From Candidatus Bathyarchaeia archaeon (GTDB lineage Archaea > Thermoproteota > Bathyarchaeia > 40CM-2-53-6), in contig JBEKSC010000007.1 of NCBI GenBank assembly GCA_049517415.1, positions 1 through 64,000 on the forward strand: a stretch of 64,000 nt of DNA, in the 5' to 3' direction. The translations under genes and the position numbers were made by a program. The notes under the pieces were generated by a model. That model saw only the letters and a list, made by a program, of their open reading frames with translations, was not told the DNA's origin and ran no database searches. This document shows, one piece after another, positions 39,835 to 49,582 of this stretch (position 1 is its first letter; every line of letters starts with the position of its first letter).

Positions 39835-40656
39835 TTGTTGTGGGCGGTTCTCCCAGTGACCACAAAAGCTGTTATCAACGCGCCTCCGGCACACCACGAT
39901 CAAGCTGAATTCGCTTGTGAGGACCTGGGATTCGCGTACGGCCCCAAATTCATCTTCAAAAACGTCAACTTAACCGTGTCCAATGACGAACTTGTCGCAA
40001 TCATAGGTCCGACCGGAACTGGAAAATCAACTCTGCTTCGAACTCTCGCCTATCTTATTCCTCCGACAACCGGCCACGTATTTCTTGAAGGAAAACAAAT
40101 TACGCGACCTTCTTCCACCGTCTCACTGATTCATCAATCCATCGCAACCTTTCCTTGGATGACGGCTTTAGACAATGTCAAACTCGCGCTAATCTGCAAG
40201 AGAACACCCAACGACGAAGCGGTTCAAATCTCCAAGAAGATGTTGGATCTTGTAGGCCTAAAGGCGGACGAGAATGATTACCCCAAAGAAATGAGCGGAG
40301 GGATGAGGCAGAGAGTCGCGATCGCGAGAGCACTAGCAGCGTCGCCTGCAGTTCTGTTGATGGACGAACCATTCGTCCACCTCGACGAAATAACCGCCGA
40401 CGGTTTGAGACGAGAGATTTATTCACTTGTCTTTAACCCGGAGACGAGTCTCAAATCCGCAATCCTTGTATCGCATAACTTACATGAAGTCGTGCAACTC
40501 GCCGACAGGGTTTACGTAATGAACGGATCACCTGCGACAATCGTCGATCAAATTAAAATTGATTTACCAAGACCAAGGACCGAGCGAGACCCTCGGTTCC
40601 TAGACTATATCGATCAGCTATACGACGAATTGTCGTTAAAGACGTCAAGGGTCTGA
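39835..40656 (+). CDS. ABC transporter ATP-binding protein (NitT/TauT type)
   Basis: GPTGTGKST, MSGGMRQRVAIARAL, LMDEPF, VSHN. Confidence 0.92.
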   Translation: MLWAVLPVTTKAVINAPPAHHDQAEFACEDLGFAYGPKFIFKNVNLTVSNDELVAIIGPTGTGKSTLLRTLAYLIPPTTGHVFLEGKQITRPSSTVSLIHQSIATFPWMTALDNVKLALICKRTPNDEAVQISKKMLDLVGLKADENDYPKEMSGGMRQRVAIARALAASPAVLLMDEPFVHLDEITADGLRREIYSLVFNPETSLKSAILVSHNLHEVVQLADRVYVMNGSPATIVDQIKIDLPRPRTERDPRFLDYIDQLYDELSLKTSRV

Positions 40657-40659
40657 CAA

Positions 40660-42327
40660 GTGGATCTTCTCATTCCACTGGCTACGCTTGCGACCGTCGG
40701 CAGAATATTCGCACTCATTGCTCTCTCTATCATAACCGGATGGCTGCTCGCTTACGCATCGATTAAGAGCAGGAGATTCGAGAACGCATACGTTCCATTA
40801 ACCAACGTGTTTGAATCGATCCCAGTCATAGGCTTCCTTCCTCTAGTTTTAGTCGCATTCGTTCTCGCGATCCCTGGCGCGATAGGAGTGGAGGCGGCCG
40901 TCGATTTTCTTGTTTTCGATGCTGTTGCGTGGAATGTCTGGATTGGCGTATACCAAGCGTTCAAGACGGTACCCGAACACTTGCTTGAAGTCTCGGAAAA
41001 CTACAACTTCGGATTCCTAAGAAGAATGAGATACCTATTCATCCCTCACTCCATCCCAAGAATAACATCAAACATTTTCTCAAGTTTCGCTGACGCATTC
41101 TTCTATATTTCCGTTAGCGAAGTGTTTACCGCCGGAGCTGCAACAGCGAGCGTCTGCCACGGCGGTGTTTGCTCAACTTTCGGGATCGGAACCGTGATTG
41201 CCCATTTCGTGGTTACTGGGAATTATGTTGGCGTTTTCTATTCCCTCGCGTCGATTGCTGTTGCAGTCATCGCAGTAACGCTGTTACTCACATGGCTAAG
41301 CAGGTGGGCCGTGGCGAAGTACGGGGTCGATACACCGGGCGTCATTAAACGCCATGCCGGTAGATGGCGGGGACGTATGGCTTACCCTTGGCGCAAGTGG
41401 CGAGCACATCTTGCGTTTCGCGGCCAAAGCTTACCCTTTTCGAGATACGCATTTAGAATGAGACCACACTGGCACAATCACCATATGCAGAGCGAGCGTT
41501 TTGATAAATCAAAGATCGTGAAGTACGTTTGCATCGTTCTTGTTGCTGCTATCCTAGCCTATCTTGCCTACTCCTCTTTCGTGCTGATAATTTCTGTTCC
41601 TTTTGCCATGTGGTACGGTTTCCTGCAGGAAACACCGCAACTCCTCGAATACGTTGGGGCGGATTACATTCGGGTGAGCGTCATAACTCTAGCCTCATTG
41701 GGTTTGGCGGTTTTCGCGGGGTACTTCCTCGCTTCGCATCACAGGATAGGTAACGTAGTTCTCCCTGCAATTCAGGCGTTTGCGGCGTTTCCCGCGCCGA
41801 CCTACTTTCCCTTGCTCTTCATAGTGACCATTCCTTTCCTCGAGAGCTTCCTACCGTTCTTCTATACTGAGGTCTACATATTTCTGTTGGGTTTCCTAAG
41901 TTGCTTCTATTACGTCTTCTTTGACTTTTGGATTGGTGTTCAGGCCATTCCTTCGGAGTTTATCGACGTGGTACAGAACCACGAGGTCCCATTCTGGACT
42001 AGGATGAGGCGGGTAATCCTACCCGCAAGCTTGCCATACCTCATCACAGGCCTTTCAAGCACCATTAACAGTGCTTGGGCGGGGATGGCGATTGGGGAGT
42101 TTTGGCCGGATATAGCCCCGAAAGTAGCTCCCCGAGGACTACAAGCCCCATTTGGAATGATGTATTACATCACCTCAAACATTGCGAAAGGGGCTATTGG
42201 CCCAGCCGCCTATGTTTCATTTTTGTTCGCCGTTGTCGTGGCCATCTATGGAATAGTGTTCACAAGGAACGCTATGGATTTGGCTAGGAGGAAGTATGTG
42301 GTGGAGGAGGGCATTTTCGCTGCGTAG
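40660..42327 (+). CDS. ABC transporter permease with two fused TM domains (NitT/TauT type)
   Basis: Two halves each with an EAA-like loop (VPEHLLEV; IPSEFIDV...ILPASLPYLITG). Confidence 0.88.
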   Translation: MDLLIPLATLATVGRIFALIALSIITGWLLAYASIKSRRFENAYVPLTNVFESIPVIGFLPLVLVAFVLAIPGAIGVEAAVDFLVFDAVAWNVWIGVYQAFKTVPEHLLEVSENYNFGFLRRMRYLFIPHSIPRITSNIFSSFADAFFYISVSEVFTAGAATASVCHGGVCSTFGIGTVIAHFVVTGNYVGVFYSLASIAVAVIAVTLLLTWLSRWAVAKYGVDTPGVIKRHAGRWRGRMAYPWRKWRAHLAFRGQSLPFSRYAFRMRPHWHNHHMQSERFDKSKIVKYVCIVLVAAILAYLAYSSFVLIISVPFAMWYGFLQETPQLLEYVGADYIRVSVITLASLGLAVFAGYFLASHHRIGNVVLPAIQAFAAFPAPTYFPLLFIVTIPFLESFLPFFYTEVYIFLLGFLSCFYYVFFDFWIGVQAIPSEFIDVVQNHEVPFWTRMRRVILPASLPYLITGLSSTINSAWAGMAIGEFWPDIAPKVAPRGLQAPFGMMYYITSNIAKGAIGPAAYVSFLFAVVVAIYGIVFTRNAMDLARRKYVVEEGIFAA

Positions 42328-42345
42328 GTCGTGCTGTCGGTCTGG

Positions 42346-42786
42346 TCAGCTGAATGACTTATAAATTGCAGGATATTTTTCGATAAGTATTAGGTTGAGT
42401 TTGAGAACGTTTACGTACGGATCGCCGGTGATCCATATTGTTCTGTCGACGTTATCATTGACGATTTGCTTAATCGAATCTAGAGGGATTCCTGTTGCGT
42501 TGCTTACTCGCGGAATTTGTGAGTAGGCATCTTGAAGGGTTATGTCGGGATCCACGCCTGAGGCTGAATTGTTCGCCCAATCTGCATGGAAGAACATTGA
42601 GGAATTGAAGTTCTGAGCGATCATGACCGCTCCTACTGGACGACCGTGGAGTTGCACTATGCTGCCGTTTGCCTGGGACGGGAGCAGAACTTGCGCAACA
42701 CCGGTCACTAAGAGTGGGAAGGCTAGTCCACATAATACGAGTGAAATGATTGCCAGTCGAAGGGTCGGCCCATAATTACTTACCAA
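42346..42786 (-). CDS. kdpC: Potassium-transporting ATPase subunit C (short form)
   Basis: FPLLVTGVAQVLLPSQANGS, IAQNF, SASGVDPDIT..A..QIPRV, VNVLKLN. Confidence 0.92.
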   Translation of the reverse strand: MVSNYGPTLRLAIISLVLCGLAFPLLVTGVAQVLLPSQANGSIVQLHGRPVGAVMIAQNFNSSMFFHADWANNSASGVDPDITLQDAYSQIPRVSNATGIPLDSIKQIVNDNVDRTIWITGDPYVNVLKLNLILIEKYPAIYKSFS

Positions 42787-42799
42787 ACTTGATAGCCTC

Positions 42800-44941
42800 C
42801 TATGGATGCATCGCCAAGATTACGATATCTATTAGCTTGATTCCGACGAACGGGACTATGACTCCTCCGACTCCATAGATCAACGTGTTCTTCAGGAACA
42901 GTGTCATGGTGTCAGATGGTTTGAAGGCTACACCCTTCATGGCTAGTGGAATCAGGAGCGGTATTATGATTGCGTTGAATATCAACGCGGAGAGAACGGC
43001 AGTGTGTAAGCCCAGTCCAAGAATATTCAGGGCCTGAAGTTCGGGTATGACCGCAAAAAGGACTGGCGTAATGGCGAAATATTTCGCTACATCATTTGCG
43101 ATGCTAAATGTTGTGACTGCTCCGCGTGTCATGAGGAGCTGTTTTCCGAGCATGACAACTTCGATGATTTTCGCGGGATTGGATTCTAGGTCAACCATGT
43201 TGGCTGCTTCTTTTGCTGCTTGAGTTCCGGAATTCATTGCCAGTCCGACGTCGGCAAGAGCAAGGGCGGGTGCGTCATTAGTTCCGTCACCGATCATGGC
43301 AACAATTCTTGAGTTGGCTTGTTCACGTTGGACGATTCCATACTTGTCTTCGGGTTTTGCTTGAGATACAAATTCGTCAATGCCTACTTCCGTTGCGATG
43401 CTTTTGGCTGTGAGTGGATGGTCTCCAGTTATCATCACGGGCCGTATGCTCATTGCCTTGACGGATTGAATCTTTTCCTTGATACCAGGCTTCAAAATGT
43501 CTCTTAGCCGAATAATGCCGATTACTTCGCGGTTCTTGGTTATTGCAACTGGACTGTCGCCTTGGTCGGAAATCTTGGTTATGACATCGTCGAGGTCAGG
43601 TGGAGTTACTTCCGCGAGCTTCTTTATTGCGTCTGGAGCACCTTTGATTATCTCAACTTCGCCGCCGGCCAAGGAGCTGGTTATTGAATCTGTGAACTTT
43701 CGCCTGAATCTCGCCCTCTCCTGACCACCTTTGGGGAGCATGAAGCCCGTACCGCCGGTGAATTTCACACCACTCGTTCTGGTCGTCGCGGAGAACTCAT
43801 AGGACTCGGATAAGGCAAGGTCGTTCAACTCATTCGGTATCAAACCGCTACTGTAGGCTAACCTGATTATGCTACGACCTTCAGGCGTGTCATCATGCCA
43901 GGAGGCGAGGAACGCCGCTTCTCCTACTTCTCGTTCTGAGTGGCCTGCGAACGGTATGAATTCTATTGCTTGTCTGCTTCCTACGGTTATTGTTCCCGTC
44001 TTGTCGAGAAGGATCGTGTCTGTGTCGCCTGCGGTCTCAATTGCCCTCCCTGACTTCGCAACAATTTTCCGCGCGTAGAGCCTAGACATACCAGACAGCC
44101 CTATCGCAGGAAGAAGTGCACCTATAGTTGTTGGAAGGAGGCAAACATACAATGCGATGAGAACTGACAGGTCGGCTCCGAGGCTGAGTACAACGGATAA
44201 TCCAAGAAGCGCGAAGATAATTATTGTAAAAATGGCTGTAAGGCCGATGAGGACTACGATAACAGCCTGTTCGTTTGGTGTCTTAGGTCTCTTCGAGGAT
44301 TCTACTAATCTAATCATCTGATTGATGTAGCTATCCTCAGGGTTTACAGTAACCTTGGCGGTTAATGTATCGCTAATTAGCTTTGAACCGCCGATTAGGG
44401 GATCGCTGGGTGCCTTCCTGACGGGTACAGATTCGCCCGTGAGAAGAGATTCATCCACCATCGCTATACCTTCAGTGACTTCTGCGTCTATCGGAATCAG
44501 GTCACCCCTCCCAAGCAAAATCATGTCCCCTCGACGTAATTGACCAGAAGGAGTAAGGACGACCGTCTGCTCCTCAGATTCGCCTTTTTTCTCAACGACT
44601 ATTTTCTTAGTCATGGCTTCTGTTTCAAGTTTCCTAAGACTGTTCGCAGTATTCTTTGCCTGCGTTTCAGCGAGAGAGTCTGAGAGAGTGCTAAACCAGA
44701 CCGTAATGAGTAAAATTACCGCAACTTCAACATAGAAGACCCGCTCATTCGGGCTTGCTACCGGAACGAACCATTGCGGGTACACGGCCATCGCTGTTAC
44801 AATGAAGAAGGTGACTTCGACGATGAACATCACTGGGTTTTGTATGAGCGAAATTGGGTTCAATCGAACGAGTGAGTCGACAAATGTTTTCCCGGACATA
44901 GCCCCTTGCGAAAAGCCAATTCGCCGAACCTTCTCTGACAT
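42800..44941 (-). CDS. kdpB: Potassium-transporting ATPase subunit B
   Basis: NPVMFIVE, TGES, CLLPTTIG, DKTGT, GDGTNDAPAL, TRGAVTTFSIANDVAKYFAI. Confidence 0.96.
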   Translation of the reverse strand: MSEKVRRIGFSQGAMSGKTFVDSLVRLNPISLIQNPVMFIVEVTFFIVTAMAVYPQWFVPVASPNERVFYVEVAVILLITVWFSTLSDSLAETQAKNTANSLRKLETEAMTKKIVVEKKGESEEQTVVLTPSGQLRRGDMILLGRGDLIPIDAEVTEGIAMVDESLLTGESVPVRKAPSDPLIGGSKLISDTLTAKVTVNPEDSYINQMIRLVESSKRPKTPNEQAVIVVLIGLTAIFTIIIFALLGLSVVLSLGADLSVLIALYVCLLPTTIGALLPAIGLSGMSRLYARKIVAKSGRAIETAGDTDTILLDKTGTITVGSRQAIEFIPFAGHSEREVGEAAFLASWHDDTPEGRSIIRLAYSSGLIPNELNDLALSESYEFSATTRTSGVKFTGGTGFMLPKGGQERARFRRKFTDSITSSLAGGEVEIIKGAPDAIKKLAEVTPPDLDDVITKISDQGDSPVAITKNREVIGIIRLRDILKPGIKEKIQSVKAMSIRPVMITGDHPLTAKSIATEVGIDEFVSQAKPEDKYGIVQREQANSRIVAMIGDGTNDAPALALADVGLAMNSGTQAAKEAANMVDLESNPAKIIEVVMLGKQLLMTRGAVTTFSIANDVAKYFAITPVLFAVIPELQALNILGLGLHTAVLSALIFNAIIIPLLIPLAMKGVAFKPSDTMTLFLKNTLIYGVGGVIVPFVGIKLIDIVILAMHP

Positions 44942-44956
44942 CTCATTCGCCTCGCA

Positions 44957-46615
44957 CTATTGACTAAACCCGTTCACATTTCCGTGAAGGAAGGATAGTA
45001 TAGGGCCCATTGCGAGGAATGGAAAGAAGGTTAAGACAACAAGGATCAGGGTGGCCCCAATGAGTATGATTGAAAACGTCAAGCTATCAGTCCGTAGCCC
45101 TATCTCTGCATGTCTCTTCCTGCCGAGCATAGAGCCTGCGAGCGCCAAGAGCAAGAAGATGGGAAGGAACCGACCTGCAAACATTACCAGGCCCGTTGAG
45201 ATGTTGAAGAATGGGGTATTCGCAGTCGCTCCTAGAAAGTCAGAGCCGTTGTTTGCCGCTGCAGACGTGTACTCGTATAAGATTTGGATAAAAGCGGTCG
45301 CATTCCCGCCTACGCCGATAGCGTTGGCAGCTCCTGTAGCATAGGCTAGGACCGTAGGTAACAGGATTATGATCGGATGAATAAGGAAGGCCGCCATTAC
45401 AAGCAATACGTCGCGTCCGTGAATTTTCATTCCCAAGTATTCCGGCGTTCTGCCCGACATGAGCCCAACTATGAACACGGTAATGACGATGTACATGACC
45501 ATGTACATCATTCCAACACCCTTTCCACCGGGCGTTGCTTGAATCAACATGCCCATGAAGGCCGCGAGTATCACAAGCGGGTGCATGCCGAAGAGCGAAG
45601 CGTTAACAGAACCAGTTGTAACGGCCGTCGTGACTACGGTCCAGAAGGCTGAGAAAAATCCTCCAAACCTAACCTCCATGCCCGGACCAAGTTGGGGAGT
45701 CGGGACAAAAGCGATTATCAGATCTATGATGAAAAGCCCGTAGGAGGCCCAAAGTATTGGCCTACTTTCCTTTCTCTTTCCAAGCGCCTCACCCCATACG
45801 AAGCACAAAACTGTCGGCAGAAGCAACATCAGAATGATTTGAAGAACGTCCGATGCGGGATTCGGATTCTCTAATGGGTAGGCGGAGTTTGCTCCGTAAT
45901 ATCCCCCGCCATTTGTACCTATCTGCATTATCGATACGAGAGACGCGACGGGGCCGACCAGAATAAGTTGGGTCGCTCCTTCCACTGTTTTCACGGCGGT
46001 GTAACCGTTGAGCGTCTGAGGCACGCCTAACCAAACGAACGTCATTGCGGCTACAAAGCACAGAGGGAAGAGTATCCTGGTCAGGGTTCTCACGAAGTCA
46101 ACATAGAAGTTGCCTAGGTCTTTGGAACCGGTCTTGAAGCCTCTTGCCATTGCTATAGCGGCGCATAATCCTGATGCCGCTGAAGTGAATTGTAGAAACT
46201 GAACCGCGGACATCTGGCTTAGATAAGAAAGCGTGCTCTCCCCATTGTAATGCTGAAGGTTCGTATTGGTTGCAAATGAGATAACTTGCATGAAGGCAAG
46301 ATCCCATGTTAATCCAGGAAAGCCCTGTGGATTCAGCGGTAGTCTGTCTTGGAAGACAAAGATCAGAAAGGCAAGCGCCATTTGAAAGATGTTAAGCAGC
46401 ATCAATGACAGAGAATATTGCTTCCAATCCATTCGATGATCTTTGTTAACGCCCCCGAGTCGGTAGATTGTGTTCTCGATCGGTGTTAGCAACCTATCAG
46501 GGCGGCTTGGCGCACAGGCAAACACTCTTGTCACATAGGGCGCTAGAAGGCGGCCTAAAGCAATTACTAAAGCGAATATCAATGCAATGACGGATAATTG
46601 AATGAGATCGATCAA
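44957..46615 (-). CDS. kdpA: Potassium-transporting ATPase subunit A
   Basis: SFATNTNLQHY.GE, GTNGGGYYGANSA.P.ENP, GRTPEYLG.KI, SAAANNGS. Confidence 0.96.
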   Translation of the reverse strand: MIDLIQLSVIALIFALVIALGRLLAPYVTRVFACAPSRPDRLLTPIENTIYRLGGVNKDHRMDWKQYSLSLMLLNIFQMALAFLIFVFQDRLPLNPQGFPGLTWDLAFMQVISFATNTNLQHYNGESTLSYLSQMSAVQFLQFTSAASGLCAAIAMARGFKTGSKDLGNFYVDFVRTLTRILFPLCFVAAMTFVWLGVPQTLNGYTAVKTVEGATQLILVGPVASLVSIMQIGTNGGGYYGANSAYPLENPNPASDVLQIILMLLLPTVLCFVWGEALGKRKESRPILWASYGLFIIDLIIAFVPTPQLGPGMEVRFGGFFSAFWTVVTTAVTTGSVNASLFGMHPLVILAAFMGMLIQATPGGKGVGMMYMVMYIVITVFIVGLMSGRTPEYLGMKIHGRDVLLVMAAFLIHPIIILLPTVLAYATGAANAIGVGGNATAFIQILYEYTSAAANNGSDFLGATANTPFFNISTGLVMFAGRFLPIFLLLALAGSMLGRKRHAEIGLRTDSLTFSIILIGATLILVVLTFFPFLAMGPILSFLHGNVNGFSQ

Positions 46616-46698
46616 ACGGCCCTAGCACCATCTACTTACTCCAGAACCTTCATCAACACTATGGATTAGTTGCATCAAGATTCCTAGAAAGGAAAATG

Positions 46699-46986
46699 TT
46701 ACTGCGACTTTGCGGGGTTAGCGCCGTTCCTTGGCCCTTTGGGTGCACTTAGTACGATCGAAGTGACCGTACTCTTTACGCCTTTAATTTTCAGGATTTT
46801 ATTTTTCAGAAGTTCCCGAAATTCCTCAATGTCAGCTGCCGAGACAAGCGTGACAATATCAAATTCGCCCGTTACTTCGTACAGTTCTTCCACGCTAGGT
46901 AACCGGGACAGGGTTTGTACAACGTCGCCAAGAGTTGGCGAGTCGACAAAAATGTTTACGAAGGCCAAAAGACGTGCCAAAGTCAA
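46699..46986 (-). CDS. Lrp/AsnC ligand-binding (RAM) domain protein
   Basis: AFVNIFV, V.ELYEVTGEFDIV, I.GVKSTVTSIVL; no HTH. Confidence 0.85.
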   Translation of the reverse strand: MTLARLLAFVNIFVDSPTLGDVVQTLSRLPSVEELYEVTGEFDIVTLVSAADIEEFRELLKNKILKIKGVKSTVTSIVLSAPKGPRNGANPAKSQ

Positions 46987-47126
46987 CCATCGATCCTTTG
47001 CTCCGGATTTGCAACTTGAAACCACACCGAAACGTGCCCTATAAATTAAGCGTTGCCGTTCAATTAGTTGCGATTTCAATCAAAATTTCCAGATGGGAGG
47101 AAATTTCTGCGTAACTTAGTTATTGG

Positions 47127-47201
47127 CTACTCTTGGAACCAAGAGTAGGGTTCCGCAGAAGTTTTTTCCTCAGACAGACGTCTTGGCTTTTCCTTCTTCA
47201 T
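47127..47201 (-). CDS. Possible 24-aa small ORF (MKKEKPRRLSEEKTSAEPYSWFQE)
   Basis: Strong SD-like AAGGAGG 7 nt before the ATG; the 3' end overlaps a perfect inverted repeat. Confidence 0.35.
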   Translation of the reverse strand: MKKEKPRRLSEEKTSAEPYSWFQE

Positions 47202-47297
47202 GCCGTATCCTCCTTCACGCTTTTTCTCGGATACTAGAGCTATTTGTGTAACCGCTGCGATTCATGTGAGCTATAGGATTCTGTTATATTCGCAACA

Positions 47298-48392
47298 TCA
47301 TTGCTTCTTTGCGGTTTGTTGTGTTGCCTCTTCTACTGTGAGATTCAGCACAACTTCCGCAACGTCGCTGGCGTATTCTCCAATTCTTCTAAGGCTGTCG
47401 GAGATTAGGGTCGTTGCGGATAGGTCGTTAGCAGATATCTTCTCTTTGAGCAGCCGGTCCAGCAGCTTAGACTCGAGTACTCCCATCTTGTCCTTTTCAA
47501 GAAGGGTCTTCTCAGCAAGCTCATAGTCATGCGTAAACAGGGCGTTCAACGCGCTTTCCATCACCTTGTACGAGAATTGTGCCAGAGCGTTGGTTTCCTT
47601 TCTAACCGCAGGTTCAAGAGGTTGATTTAGTGCTAGTGAATTCTGTGCCACGCGGCAGGCATGGTCTGCTGAACGCTCGACACTTTTCGTGATTATTCTG
47701 TATCCCAAGCACTCGACCGGAGTGTTGAGACCTATTCGTTCCAGTAATGGCAGATGCTGGACCGCCCATTTCAGCTGCCGTATAATGTAGAGACTGAACC
47801 GATCTATTTCATCGTCAATCTTGATGACCTGTGCCGCTAAGTCCTTGTCTCCATCGATAAGGGCCTGCATCGCATCATGTTGCATTGAACTCATTATCGA
47901 CCCCATCCGCCGGAGAGCATCAGGAACGAGTAGTTGAGGATAGTTTAGAAGAACTTGCAAGGTAGCGCTTTTAGCAGACTCGGTCACCATCTCCGTGCCC
48001 ACCAACTTCTGTCGCGCTACATCACGTATCGCATCACGAACCCGCGCTGCGAGATTGCCCGATTTTGAGCTAATGTCAATCGTTGAATATCCAATGACAT
48101 ACAACGAGATGATTTTCCTGGTCACAGCACTTGGATCAGCGTCCGGCGCGACCGACAATTCGCACCTCGTGCGCTCTCCATCAGTTCTCACCGTATCAAA
48201 CGGAATCAGAAGGAGTCCTTGGTTCTGCTGCTTGCTGAACTCAACACGCCCTCCTTTCTTAAGCCCCGCAGATTCAACCCAATGCTTAGGGATAGATACG
48301 ATGAAGGACCCACGCCCTGTCACTTGCACTCGGCGAACGTACCTATCCTCGAAGCTCTTGTCGGCATCTATGACTGATTTCATGGTACCCAT
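47298..48392 (-). CDS. phoU: PhoU-family regulator with N-terminal AbrB domain
   Basis: RRVQVTGRGSFIVSIPK.W AbrB; DDEIDRF, ERSADHA, RRIGEYASDVAE PhoU repeats. Confidence 0.9.
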   Translation of the reverse strand: MGTMKSVIDADKSFEDRYVRRVQVTGRGSFIVSIPKHWVESAGLKKGGRVEFSKQQNQGLLLIPFDTVRTDGERTRCELSVAPDADPSAVTRKIISLYVIGYSTIDISSKSGNLAARVRDAIRDVARQKLVGTEMVTESAKSATLQVLLNYPQLLVPDALRRMGSIMSSMQHDAMQALIDGDKDLAAQVIKIDDEIDRFSLYIIRQLKWAVQHLPLLERIGLNTPVECLGYRIITKSVERSADHACRVAQNSLALNQPLEPAVRKETNALAQFSYKVMESALNALFTHDYELAEKTLLEKDKMGVLESKLLDRLLKEKISANDLSATTLISDSLRRIGEYASDVAEVVLNLTVEEATQQTAKKQ

Positions 48393-48431
48393 CTAGATGC
48401 GCCGGGATTTCTATGTAACGGTTCTAGATTA

Positions 48432-48530
48432 CTATATCTTGCTAGCCGTAACTATGTATACCACTGAATCATCGATGTAACAAGCGTAGTCGGCAATCCG
48501 TTTAAGGTACCTCATAACTAGCGTTGAGGG
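48432..48530 (-). pseudogene. C-terminal remnant of a second PhoU
   Basis: LVMRYLKRIADYACYIDDSVVYIVT resembles the PhoU ERIADHA..I....Y motif. Confidence 0.55.
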
Positions 48531-48578
48531 CAAGTGCACATTTCGCGGATATCGTCTTGTCTCCGGTGACGGTTCTCT

Positions 48579-48707
48579 ACAATTGAACCGGGTGTCTACA
48601 TAAAGGGTAAAACGGGAGTAAGAAGCGAAGATGATGTTGTGATCACGAAGCAGGGGAGAAGGGCACTGACGAAGGTTCTTGCAATGGAATTCGGGTGGTG
48701 GCGCTAG
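48579..48707 (+). pseudogene. C-terminal remnant of an M24 (Xaa-Pro) peptidase
   Basis: Hand translation TIEPGVYIKGKTGVRSEDDVVITKQGRRALTK...; in-frame stop a few codons upstream, no 5' part. Confidence 0.7.
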
Positions 48708-48736
48708 CGCCACATATCCGAATTGTTTGTGACAGG

Positions 48737-49582
48737 TTACTTGTAAATCAGCGAACAACTCAGACAGGCCGGATTATCGCAAAGCAATGCGTTGGGTTGT
48801 TTCTCGATGAGAGATTCTGCCCGGTCAATCAGAGTCTTCATCGAGTAGGCTTGTGAGTCTGCGGCTCCAATCTTTGCCTCTTTGAAATCTTTGCTCCCAA
48901 GGTGAGCCTTGAGCTTCTCGAAGCCATTACTGCATCCCAACGCGGTGATGTCAACCCACGTACGCCCTTTCGAGGTGAAGGTAAGGGCGCGCTCTCGCAC
49001 GAACTTGGCGTTCAGCTTTAGTTGCTCGGCTAAATAAATGGCTGTTACCGAATCGAAACCCGCGCCAACAGCTAACACCTTTGGATCCAGCTTCAGGAAT
49101 CTCTTGAGTGGTAGGAGTGGGTCCTCTAATGAATAAGTCCGAACTAGGTCGTCTCCATGCTTTCCCACCGCGACGAACGAATATGCTGGATGGCCGCTTC
49201 GCCTCGAAGAGGGCCAACTGCATAACCTCTGGGCGATTACCCCGATGTTCCTGTCTGGTTGCAATTCGGGAATGAATGGCAAATGCCGATCTTCATGACC
49301 CTCACACCAACACCCAAGCTTGGTATTGTTCTCATGTGAGACAGTATGTCTTGTGATTGAGGTGAAGGTAGGCATCAACAGCGTCCCAGTCTTGCCGACG
49401 ACGCCCAGCAAACGGTGCAACACCATCGCGGCCTCCCCATCAACTGCCCCGATATTATCGAGGAACGCATGCATGATAATTCGGTCGCCTTCACGAAGAC
49501 CAAGCTGCCTGAAGCCTTCGGTTAATTCCTCTGGAGACACTTTTCTCGGTTCTACGGCACTTGGTTGGATTGGGTATGTCAC
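48737..49582 (-). CDS. AAC(3)/YokD family N-acetyltransferase
   Basis: LGLREGD.I.MH, GTLLMPTFT, RS.HP.YSF.A.G. Confidence 0.85.
   Translation of the reverse strand: MTYPIQPSAVEPRKVSPEELTEGFRQLGLREGDRIIMHAFLDNIGAVDGEAAMVLHRLLGVVGKTGTLLMPTFTSITRHTVSHENNTKLGCWCEGHEDRHLPFIPELQPDRNIGVIAQRLCSWPSSRRSGHPAYSFVAVGKHGDDLVRTYSLEDPLLPLKRFLKLDPKVLAVGAGFDSVTAIYLAEQLKLNAKFVRERALTFTSKGRTWVDITALGCSNGFEKLKAHLGSKDFKEAKIGAADSQAYSMKTLIDRAESLIEKQPNALLCDNPACLSCSLIYK

Noticed and set aside
46616..46698. kdpF upstream of kdpA
   Set aside because: The only short ORF (MQLIHSVDEGSGVSRWC) is not hydrophobic and lacks the KdpF PE.F tail.
48432..48758. 108-aa ORF as a real gene
   Set aside because: A chimera: only the last ~30 aa are PhoU-like; the rest is antisense to the M24 remnant.
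48737..49582. Aminoglycoside resistance gene
   Set aside because: AAC(3)/YokD family membership alone does not show resistance, and there is no mobile context.
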